Assembly (NCBI GenBank): GCA_964616855.1 | Contig: CAZTUJ010000001.1 | Coordinates: 320,301 to 384,300, forward strand | Direction: 5' to 3' | Length of the DNA: 64,000 nt | Origin: an uncultured Gammaproteobacteria bacterium | GTDB lineage: Bacteria > Patescibacteriota > Patescibacteriia > Patescibacteriales > UBA12465 | Part shown: piece after piece, positions 54,801 through 61,857 of the stretch | Position numbering within the stretch: the first letter of the stretch is position 1 | How the letters are laid out: every line of letters starts with the position of its first letter | Position numbers and translations under genes: made by a program | The notes under the pieces: generated by a model | What the model was told of the DNA's origin: nothing | What the model saw: the letters and a program-made list of their open reading frames with translations, nothing else | The model's database searches: none

Positions 54801-55459
54801 CTGCTACCCAGGGTCATGCTATTCAGTATAACCTCGGTGCAGGTGCGGCTATCACTGCTGAAGGTGTCAACTCTGGTGAAGCTATCACTATGATTGCCAA
54901 TGATAATGGTACTTTAATTGCCGGCGAATGGGATGATGACAGCTCTACTAAGACTCACACCATCACTGCCGTTAAGTTAAACTCCGTTGTTAACGCGATG
55001 ACCAATGGCACCTTATCTTCTGGTCGCCAGGATATCGCTAAGTACACTTTGACCTTCGAACATGGTAACAACCGCGATGCTAACAATGATGCTTACAAGG
55101 CTCAGTTAGATTATCTCGCTTTAACCATTAACCAGAGCGGTGCTACAACCACCAATTTGACCTTGAAGGTTGACGGTACTACCCGCGAAGTTGCGGATTC
55201 TGCCTCTGCTGGCGTCTGGACTTCTACGGAATTACAGCATGTCACCACTGGTCTCTTGAATCTTGCTAAGGTTGATGACGTTGTGACTTTAGTTGTTTCT
55301 GCTGATATCGCTATCGATACTCAGGCCAACAACTACAGCGTTCAGACCGTTATCAGCGACTTAAATGGCGCTGGTGGTAACGATTCTATCCGCCACAACA
55401 GCTTGACGAACATGTACTTACCGTACACCTCCGTCACTGGTGCGAACTTGACCAACTAA
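51887..55459 (+). CDS. Large secreted surface (S-layer-like) protein
   Basis: Sec signal peptide (LSIIAMSGLTVNTASAAAQA). Thr/Val/Ala/Asn-rich, Cys-free. Three short N-terminal SVYY...G..R.I.SE repeats, then 6-7 divergent beta-rich modules of about 115-125 aa. Codon usage is visibly biased. Confidence 0.75.
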   Translation: MKKLRKFLTVSVMVLSIIAMSGLTVNTASAAAQAGDLIKMDGLSSVYYLGNDGKRYVFPSESVYFSWYQDFSSVVTIPASELQSYPLGSNVTMRPGTKLVKITTDPSVYAVTPNGVLRKIASESDAITLYGTNWAKMVVDVADAFFTNYTVGTPLTSGTYPAGTLLKNANNASVYYFDGTNYRMIASEAAFNANRFSFSNVITTGMTLSASGNSVTAKEDISSPTGGVGTVITGSGLTVALSAATPASMNIPTGSPANFFAFNLTAANDGAVNVSSLKLTAYELGTAANIDDVTIFDNGVKVGTSKNINSDKEAVFAFANPIYVAAGTTKTLTVKATTAAAGDYALGIAKAADITATAATVSGSFPVRGNKMSAVVSSNVGTLAMSSVDTTDSTVDFGEDDVLLASFNLTANNEDALVTSMKFKNGSTNVDGIISNLKMLIDGTEVASGTYADSYATFSLNNFKVEKGDSVTVEVRGDMGTTNVGDKVTLYLKDRADIAAIGATYGYDLQLDTTSFQRLDTVTEGMTLTLAASDFTLDADKAATPAKDIKAGDNDVVLATIKMKSNGENATLEEITGAGNFTIVGTALLVDEVKNVRMIDVTSGATYDLDATFSTDHYELTLSDEISFTKGVTKTFVVKADIDDLADANDTLKVHLEADGMKVTGDVSNSSITDITPSQIDGSIMTVKDASLSWNVTNLTAKTVVTGASNIEVYQAKLKAGAADGVKLNSLKLSTTANNATNFTDNNITKLDLYINGQLVKSVSNNIVEAVNGVSVGTITFNSLSSNTINANQEVDLVVKATFSSSFSGANTFALQVAQEADINAKSVTGNKVVDITGGITGGARTITLATMGTLKVELLTSDTNASQDQYVLAGATSASKYLGELKFTTANEPVKVKTLTLTSLANDTSSDIKEVRLVKADGTVVASKTVEADGDVVFDTFDVTFDADKSTSLFISTLARGINVDGDATATATQGHAIQYNLGAGAAITAEGVNSGEAITMIANDNGTLIAGEWDDDSSTKTHTITAVKLNSVVNAMTNGTLSSGRQDIAKYTLTFEHGNNRDANNDAYKAQLDYLALTINQSGATTTNLTLKVDGTTREVADSASAGVWTSTELQHVTTGLLNLAKVDDVVTLVVSADIAIDTQANNYSVQTVISDLNGAGGNDSIRHNSLTNMYLPYTSVTGANLTN

Positions 55460-55695
55460 GTTTACTTAGTAATTCAAGTGGTTCCTCAGTTTTCCTTAAA
55501 AGCTGAGTAGCAATAAGAGCCCGCGCAAGCGGGCTCTTTTGTTTTCTTTATTATCTTTGTTTAGGGGGCGGAGAAGAGTAAATAAAGACTTAAGAATTAT
55601 CTTAATTAAGGGTTATTACTTATCCACAGCCCCCGCTCTTGCCTTTCGGTTTAGTTTCGGGTATAATATTATTATTAATAAATAAGCCTGAAAAT

Positions 55696-56307
55696 ATGAG
55701 CATTTTAACGAAGAAGCAGAAAGAAGTCTTTGACTTCATTTCCAACTACGAAGGGGAAAAGGGCTACGCCCCCTCACTCTCAGAGATTGGAGAAGCAATT
55801 GGCGCCTCGGCTGTTTCTACCGTCCATGAGCATGTGGCTCACCTTATCCGCAAAGGCTTACTGAAAAGAGTGAAGGGAGCGGCTAGGAGTCTAGAACTAG
55901 CCCGTCTCAAGATGGGGGCGGTAATGCCCATTCCTTTAGTCGGTTCTATTGCTTGCGGTGAGCCCCTAGAAGCCATCGAGGAGAGCGGGGAAATGATTGC
56001 GGTAGCCGAAGACAGTCGTTATCAATCAGGTGAACTCTACGCCTTAAAGGCTAAGGGTGATTCCATGATTGAAGAGGGAATCTTCAGCGGTGACTTCCTG
56101 ATTATTAAAAAGCAGTCCTGGGCCACTGACGGTGACACCGTCGTCGCCATTATCGATGATAACGAAGCGACTTTGAAGAAGTTTTATAAAGAAAAAGGCA
56201 GAATTAGACTCCAGCCAGCCAACTCCGCCTATGAGCCCATTTTCCGCCAAGAGGTGGAAGTCAGAGGTATTGTCGTTAAAGTTATTCGGGACTTAGTTCA
56301 TGCTTAA
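55696..56307 (+). CDS. lexA: LexA repressor (S24 peptidase)
   Basis: ATG at 55696. LTKKQKEVFDFI...GYAPSLSEIGEAIG (winged HTH), the AL/KAKGDSM cleavage/Ser region, and TLKKF with the catalytic Lys. Confidence 0.9.
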   Translation: MSILTKKQKEVFDFISNYEGEKGYAPSLSEIGEAIGASAVSTVHEHVAHLIRKGLLKRVKGAARSLELARLKMGAVMPIPLVGSIACGEPLEAIEESGEMIAVAEDSRYQSGELYALKAKGDSMIEEGIFSGDFLIIKKQSWATDGDTVVAIIDDNEATLKKFYKEKGRIRLQPANSAYEPIFRQEVEVRGIVVKVIRDLVHA

Positions 56308-56337
56308 TTTTTACTAATTTTTTTAAACAACAAACAT

Positions 56338-56475
56338 ATGATGAACTCAATTTTCTCCGCTAAAAAAAAGCTAGTCTACCGCCTCAGCCGCGATACTTCT
56401 CGTGATCGCAAAATCTGGCGTAATAAGTATGACAAGCTAATGCGTTCTCGCCCTGTTCTGATCTGGGCGAGATAA
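56338..56475 (+). CDS. Unannotated 45-codon basic small protein
   Basis: My own translation: MMNSIFSAKKKLVYRLSRDTSRDRKIWRNKYDKLMRSRPVLIWAR. Starts 31 nt after lexA and is followed by the GACCCGCC-N6-GGCGGGTTTTTT terminator. Confidence 0.35.
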   Translation: MMNSIFSAKKKLVYRLSRDTSRDRKIWRNKYDKLMRSRPVLIWAR

Positions 56476-56541
56476 GGCAAGACCCGCCCTTACCGGCGGG
56501 TTTTTTGTTGGGATGATTATTAGTCATTTCTCCTTTTTTAA

Positions 56542-57120
56542 AAAAATAAAAAAGCTTTTCCCCTTTATCATGAAGTCCATCTGACGGCCGTAGATAAAGC
56601 CGGTAATCGTAGTAGTGTTAAACAAGCTTTTAGCGTTCAAGCGCCGAACACCCCTATTATTAATCATTACCCTTCTGATTTATCTTCGGAGGAAGCCTTT
56701 GTTTTAAGCGGGCAGGCCTTACCTTCTTCTCTGGTGCAGATTAATTTAAACCGGGCTGGCGGTTTGCAGTATGTTTATATTGTCCCCACTAATGAAAGTG
56801 GGCACTTTATTTTTATCTTAGAACGCATGATTCCTGGCTCTTATCAATTTAATGTTCAGTCTTTAGATGCAAATGGCCTCACTCCTGCTACTACTAACTT
56901 TAGGTTCTCAGTGCAAACTTCTTTTAACTATTGGCCCTGGTTATTACTCATTCTTATCATCTCCGTATCGATAAATATTTTTGTTTTAATTCATCACCTT
57001 TTGAGCCGCTGTCGTTTATTTAAAAGATCAGTGACCCCAGTTGGCCTATTTGCTCGCTTCCGTAAGAAGGTTAAAAAGCGCCAAACGCTTAGTAGCAAGA
57101 TTAAAAAGAGAGGTTTTTAG
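56542..57120 (+). pseudogene. 5'-truncated remnant of a surface protein gene (Ig-like domain plus C-terminal TM anchor)
   Basis: The frame is open from 56542 with no ATG. The ORF track starts at a GTG (56734), but the upstream in-frame sequence ...HLTAVDKAGNRSSVKQAFSVQAPNTPIINHYPSDLSSEEAFVLSGQALPSS reads like coding sequence. Confidence 0.45.
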
Positions 57121-57194
57121 GCCAACTTCATTTTTAGGAAGATTTGTGCTATAATATCTTTTACCCTTAATTAAGAGGGAATAATAATAATTAT

Positions 57195-57716
57195 ATGACT
57201 GAAAAGATAAAAAACATCTTAAATGAACAGATTATGGAGGAAATGTATTCCGCTAATCTGTATTTAGCTTTAGCGGGACGCTTGGAATCTTGGAATTTGA
57301 AAGGCATGGCTAACTGGATGCATATTCAGGCCAAGGAAGAGAATAATCATGCCCTCGGTTTTTTCTTTTTCCTGTTAGAGCGTGGGGAAGAGCCAATTAT
57401 TAGTGCTTTGGCTCAGCCAGATTTGAGTGGCGTTAATGATGCGGCTGCGGTGTTTGCCGCTTCCTTAAAGCATGAGAAGCACGTCACTGCCCGCATTAAC
57501 GCTATTTATGAGTTGGCTCAGGCGGAGAAAGATTATGCTCTCGAGTCCTTTGTCCGCTGGTATATTGACGAACAGGTAGAAGAAGAAGCTAGTGCTAATG
57601 AAATCAGCGAAAAGGTGAAGCTGATTGGCGCTCAAGGCCCAGCCCTTTATATGCTGGACCAAGAATTAGCCGCCCGCACCTATACCGAATTTATCCCCGG
57701 CAAAAGCGCGGCTTAA
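57195..57716 (+). CDS. Ferritin (non-heme, Ftn type)
   Basis: LNEQIMEEMYSANLYLALA...WMHIQAKEENNHALGFFFFL is the ferroxidase-centre E...ExxH pattern. Confidence 0.9.
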   Translation: MTEKIKNILNEQIMEEMYSANLYLALAGRLESWNLKGMANWMHIQAKEENNHALGFFFFLLERGEEPIISALAQPDLSGVNDAAAVFAASLKHEKHVTARINAIYELAQAEKDYALESFVRWYIDEQVEEEASANEISEKVKLIGAQGPALYMLDQELAARTYTEFIPGKSAA

Positions 57717-57732
57717 TCTCAAGAAGAATATT

Positions 57733-57761
57733 AAAAACCCGGAGAAATTCCGGGTTTTTTG
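57733..57761 (+). terminator. Intrinsic terminator (left copy of a duplicated hairpin)
   Basis: AAAAACCCGGAGAAATTCCGGGTTTTTTG. Confidence 0.7.
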
Positions 57762-57849
57762 TTAGCTCCAATTTGGTCTTTATAATTATTTTATCTTAAA
57801 TTCAAGGGTGTCTTGGATATAATAGTCTAGCATAAATATAATTGACTAC

Positions 57850-57865
57850 ATATCATATATGATAT
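57850..57865. promoter_or_regulatory. Perfect 16-nt palindrome overlapping the toxin start codon
   Basis: ATATCATATATGATAT. The ATG at 57859 lies inside it and a TATAAT is found about 15 nt upstream. Likely the TA autoregulation operator. Confidence 0.45.
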
Positions 57866-58218
57866 ATAATGAAGAGTATAAAATTAAGTTTTATAAAGAT
57901 CCTCAAAATGGCCAAGAACCAGTAGCTGATTATATTTGTGGTCTAGAAGAAAAAGAACGGAATAAAGTTAATAAGTATTTAGAGTTTCTTCGCTTAAATC
58001 GAGGGTGCCTAGACGAGCCCTATAGCCGTCACCTTCAGGGCAAAATTAGGGAGTTAAGAGTTGATTTTGTTAATAATTATCATCGCATCATTTATTTTAC
58101 CTATTTTGATAAGACTATTATTCTGTTACATGCTTTTTTAAAAAAGAGTCAGAAAACCCCCAACAAAGAAAAGAGTATAGCTTATAATCGCTATCTTAAA
58201 ATAATTAATAAAAATTAA
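57859..58218 (+). CDS. Type II toxin, RelE/ParE superfamily (Gp49/HigB-like)
   Basis: 119 aa. KIRELRVDFVNNYHRIIYFTYFDKTIILLHAFLKKSQKTP is typical of Gp49-like toxins. Ends 4 nt before the XRE antitoxin. Confidence 0.75.
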   Translation: MIYNEEYKIKFYKDPQNGQEPVADYICGLEEKERNKVNKYLEFLRLNRGCLDEPYSRHLQGKIRELRVDFVNNYHRIIYFTYFDKTIILLHAFLKKSQKTPNKEKSIAYNRYLKIINKN

Positions 58219-58222
58219 AGAT

Positions 58223-58528
58223 ATGTCACTGGCTAAAAAAAATAATCCTTATATTGGTAGTGATTTCTCTGACTATCTGGCCAAAGAGTTAAAGAATCCG
58301 CGTAATCGAGCGCTATTTGATGAATATGGCCGTCAGTTAGAAATCGCTTATCAAATTCTTCAATTACGCAAGCGTAAGCGCATGAGTCAGAAATTACTGG
58401 CTAAAAAAATTGGCAGCACCCAAAGTAATGTTGCTAGAATGGAAGGTGGCAATCAGAATTTTACCATCAGTCTTTTAGACAAAGTAGCGACTGCCCTGGG
58501 CGCGGAGCTAAGCATTAAAATTTCTTAA
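58223..58528 (+). CDS. Type II antitoxin, XRE-family HTH (HigA-like)
   Basis: MSQKLLAKKIGSTQSNVARMEGGNQNFTISLLDKVATALGAEL. Confidence 0.8.
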   Translation: MSLAKKNNPYIGSDFSDYLAKELKNPRNRALFDEYGRQLEIAYQILQLRKRKRMSQKLLAKKIGSTQSNVARMEGGNQNFTISLLDKVATALGAELSIKIS

Positions 58529-58534
58529 AATAAT

Positions 58535-58563
58535 AAAAACCCGGATAAGTTCCGGGTTTTTTG
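58535..58563 (+). terminator. Intrinsic terminator (right copy of the duplicated hairpin)
   Basis: AAAAACCCGGATAAGTTCCGGGTTTTTTG, 27/29 identical to 57733-57761. Confidence 0.7.
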
Positions 58564-58654
58564 AAGTTTAAGTGTTTATCTTTCACCTGTTGTTGTTTTT
58601 CCCTTGCTATTATATAATAATCTTAGCTATTTTATTTTATAAACTATTATTCTT

Positions 58655-60913
58655 ATGCCCGCTAAAATCTATCAACGCATCTTGCAGGCCGGCGTCCTTC
58701 TTTCTCTGGGCGTCATTTTATTACTCTTTTCCAATCTTTTATTCCCCTACATCTCCTCTAAGCAGCTGAGCTTTAATATTTTGATAGAGCTTTTGCTGCC
58801 TTTTTGGTTAATTCTGGTATGGAAGTTTCCGAGCTTTCGCCCCCAGCGCTCTTTAATTACTTGGGGGCTCCTTGCCTACTTAGCCGCAATTTTAATCTCT
58901 GCTTTTACTGGTGTTGATTTCAACTTGAGTTTTTGGGGTGATATTGAACGCTTGCTCGGTTTTTTCCATATTACCCATTTCTTCTTTTTCTATCTCTACC
59001 TAGTGACGGTCTTTCGCGAAAAAACAGATTGGTATATTTTGTTAGGTGCTTCTGTGCTCTTAGCGGTGATTGAAGCAATTATTGTTATCAGCGGCGCGGC
59101 TATCGGTACTATTGGTAATACCGCCTACGTGAGTGGCTACATGCTTTTTAATCTTTATTTTGCTGTTCTTTTGCTTTTAAAGACGCCTTGGCGTTGGCAA
59201 GCGCCTTTTTATGTGGGCATCATCTTGATGCTGATTGCTTTTTTTAAGGCCGATACTTCCGGGGCGGTTTTAGGTTTGTTTGCCAGCCTTCTCTTTCTTT
59301 TATTTTTATTTGGCTTCTTTGCGACCGCTAAGCGCGTCCGACGCGGTTCTATCGCTGTTTTTGTGGTTGGTATTTTATTAATTGTCGCTCTTTTTTCTCA
59401 GTATAATCAGCCTTGGTTTCAGAGTAATGATTTTCTTAAAGACTTGAGTGTTAACAAGCCTAGTTTTCAGACTCGGCGCTTGTCTTGGGAGGGAGCAGCG
59501 CGTGACTTCCATCTTCATCCTTGGCTGGGGACCGGCTTTGGTAACTACGCCATTATTTTCGACCGGCAGTTTGACCCGACTTTCTTCAACTATGCTTTAA
59601 CTGAAACTTATTTTGATCGGGCCCATAATAATCTTATCGATATTGTTTCCACTACCGGCATCGTTGGACTTCTAACTTATTTAAGCATCTTTGCCTTTGC
59701 TATCAGGGAATGGTTGCGAGCCTTGCGTCTTTCTGGTGCTCGCATCCAAGTTGATTCTGGCGGCAAGCGAGTCATCTCTTTATTGGTTTTAGCCGCTCTT
59801 TTAGCCGCCTATTTTATTCAGAATCTGGCAGTCTTTGACTCTTTGGCTACCTATATGGGTTTGATGATAGCCTTAGCTTATTTAGTTTTCTTAGCGCATG
59901 AAGCAAGGGCGGAGAAAATTGAGCAAAATCAAGAAGAGGAAGCGGAAAAAGAGGTAACTTTATCAGCCACTAAAGAGTTCAGTGTTTTCGGTATTATTTT
60001 TGTGGCGGTCCTTTTTGTAATTTTAGCTTTTAATATCCGTCCTTGGATGATGTTAAATCGCGTTATCGTTGCTTACAGTCAGATGGCGGCTGGCAATGCT
60101 TCTAGTAGCTTTTTAGCTTATCGTCAGGCTTTCGCTTTAAATACTCCGCTAGATCGCGATGGTCGCACTATTTTAGTAAATACCATTATCAATAATCCTA
60201 CTATTTTTACCTATCTGCCGGCGAGCAGTATTGATGAAAGTATTAAATATTCGTTAGCGATGATGGAAAAAAATCTCAAATACAATCCCGTTGATAGTTT
60301 AGCCCAAATGCAAGCGGCTCAACTTTATGATATTGCCTCTCGTTATTATTCCGAACAACCGGCTAGTTTTAAGACTTATTCTGATAAAGCATTAGCCGCG
60401 GCGGAACAAGCGGTCGCTTCTAGCCCCCGTCGTGTTCCTACTTATTTTGTACTCGCTCAAATTCAAGCTAATCGCGGTGATTTAGCTAAAGCGGAGTCAG
60501 CCTTTCTGGCCGCTCAAGCCCTTCTTCCTAACTATCCAGAAACTCCTTGTCAGTTGGCTAATTATTATGCTTTGAAAAGTGATGCTCGTTTTCAGGAAAA
60601 CCTAGATCGTTGTTTAGATTTTCAAGGTAATAGTGTCTCACCGGCGACTTTAGAAAAAGGTTTGAAATATTATCAAGATAATAATAAAACGGAGTATCTT
60701 TTGCGGGCTTATCGTCTCTTGGCGGCTAGAGGTAGTGAAGATCCTTTACTCTATGTTAATTTAGCTAAAGCGGAATTAGCGTCCGGTAATTTGGAAGCCG
60801 CTTTAGATGCGGCGGTGAAAGCTGCTGACATTGATCCCACTTTAAGGCCGGCTGTTCAAGCCTTCCTGCAAAGTATTCAAAATACCACTACGCCAACCAG
60901 TACGGAAGAATAG
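58655..60913 (+). CDS. O-antigen ligase/polymerase-like membrane protein with a C-terminal TPR domain
   Basis: About 12 TM segments and a Wzy_C-like loop (HPWLGTGFGNY...RAHNNLIDIVSTTGIVGL), then a helical-repeat C-terminus (LAQIQANRGDLAKAESAF...). Confidence 0.7.
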   Translation: MPAKIYQRILQAGVLLSLGVILLLFSNLLFPYISSKQLSFNILIELLLPFWLILVWKFPSFRPQRSLITWGLLAYLAAILISAFTGVDFNLSFWGDIERLLGFFHITHFFFFYLYLVTVFREKTDWYILLGASVLLAVIEAIIVISGAAIGTIGNTAYVSGYMLFNLYFAVLLLLKTPWRWQAPFYVGIILMLIAFFKADTSGAVLGLFASLLFLLFLFGFFATAKRVRRGSIAVFVVGILLIVALFSQYNQPWFQSNDFLKDLSVNKPSFQTRRLSWEGAARDFHLHPWLGTGFGNYAIIFDRQFDPTFFNYALTETYFDRAHNNLIDIVSTTGIVGLLTYLSIFAFAIREWLRALRLSGARIQVDSGGKRVISLLVLAALLAAYFIQNLAVFDSLATYMGLMIALAYLVFLAHEARAEKIEQNQEEEAEKEVTLSATKEFSVFGIIFVAVLFVILAFNIRPWMMLNRVIVAYSQMAAGNASSSFLAYRQAFALNTPLDRDGRTILVNTIINNPTIFTYLPASSIDESIKYSLAMMEKNLKYNPVDSLAQMQAAQLYDIASRYYSEQPASFKTYSDKALAAAEQAVASSPRRVPTYFVLAQIQANRGDLAKAESAFLAAQALLPNYPETPCQLANYYALKSDARFQENLDRCLDFQGNSVSPATLEKGLKYYQDNNKTEYLLRAYRLLAARGSEDPLLYVNLAKAELASGNLEAALDAAVKAADIDPTLRPAVQAFLQSIQNTTTPTSTEE

Positions 60914-61039
60914 ATTCAATAGATTAATTGATAAAAAACGCTCTGCTGTTGGGGCCTTTTTTTGTATAATTATAACTTATTAATTTTACAATAAAAAAAA
61001 GGAAGCATTACTGCTTCCTGGGTATTCTTTTGCGGTGTC

Positions 61040-61282
61040 TTAGGCTATATCTTCCTGCTCTTTTTTTTCCGCTTCTCTGCGGAGATGAGGTCTTACGACC
61101 GCAAAGTATGATATAGCAACAAAGAGAAGAACAAATATGGGGCAGGCGACGCTCCAGTCAAGGCTTTTTTCTGCTACCTGGTAATCTGCCCCTCCTGCGG
61201 AGCCAATTTTTCCAAGATAAATTGTTTCGGAACAAGCGGAGAGACTGGCCGCCATAATTAGGAAAAATACGATTTTTTTCAT
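61040..61282 (-). CDS. Small lipoprotein with a C-terminal TM segment
   Basis: MKKIVFFLIMAASLSAC lipobox. Confidence 0.55.
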   Translation of the reverse strand: MKKIVFFLIMAASLSACSETIYLGKIGSAGGADYQVAEKSLDWSVACPIFVLLFVAISYFAVVRPHLRREAEKKEQEDIA

Positions 61283-61393
61283 TTCTTTGCTTTTTTGGTA
61301 AATAACTATAAATACATTTCGATGGCTTTATTTTAACATTTTATATATAATTTGTCAATATATGTAGTTTTTTAGTCAAATCTTCTTTAACAT

Positions 61394-61422
61394 TTGATTT
61401 TTTTCGGTTTTTTTAGTACGAT
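61394..61422 (+). promoter_or_regulatory. Sigma70-type promoter of rnpB
   Basis: TTGATT-N17-TACGAT places the transcription start about 61428, at the 5' end of the P1 helix. Confidence 0.4.
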
Positions 61423-61427
61423 AGAGG

Positions 61428-61804
61428 TGTTAATCGGGGCAAGTAAGCGGCCGCTTTTTTGCGCTATATGGCGTTAAAAAGAGGAAAGTCCGGACTTCTT
61501 AAAAAAGGCAGCGGGTAATGCCCGCCAAGAGTAATCTTAGGGAAAGTGCCACAGAGACGATACTATTTTATTCTTCGGAATAGAAGAAAGGTGAAAAGTT
61601 GCCTGGTACCCTTCGGGGTTACAGGCTTCGGCCGCCGGTAACGGCGTGTTCGCGGTAAACCCTGCCTGAAGCAAGAGCAAAGCCTGATAGAACGCTTGCG
61701 TTTTATTTGGTAAAAAGTAGCTCGCTTGACCTGACCGGCAACGGTTAGGCTAGATAAATGGCCGCTCCCGACAGAATCCGGCTTATCGCTTGCCCCTCTT
61801 AACC
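61428..61804 (+). ncRNA. rnpB: RNase P RNA, bacterial type A (ends +/- 10 nt)
   Basis: Universal P4 strands GAGGAAAGTCCGGAC (61481-61495) and ACAGAATCCGGCTTATCG (about 61771-61788). GGGTAATGCCCGCC and GGGAAAGTGCCACAGA blocks. P1 pairing GGGGCAAG/CTTGCCCC. Confidence 0.9.
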
Positions 61805-61857
61805 TTGTTTTTAACTCCTGCAAGTTGGCTTCAGCCTGCTTAAGGATTGATATTAAT

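Noticed and set aside
61563-61823. 86-aa minus-strand ORF.
   Set aside because: It lies entirely antisense within the RNase P RNA gene. Its Arg/Lys-rich composition is typical of a spurious ORF.
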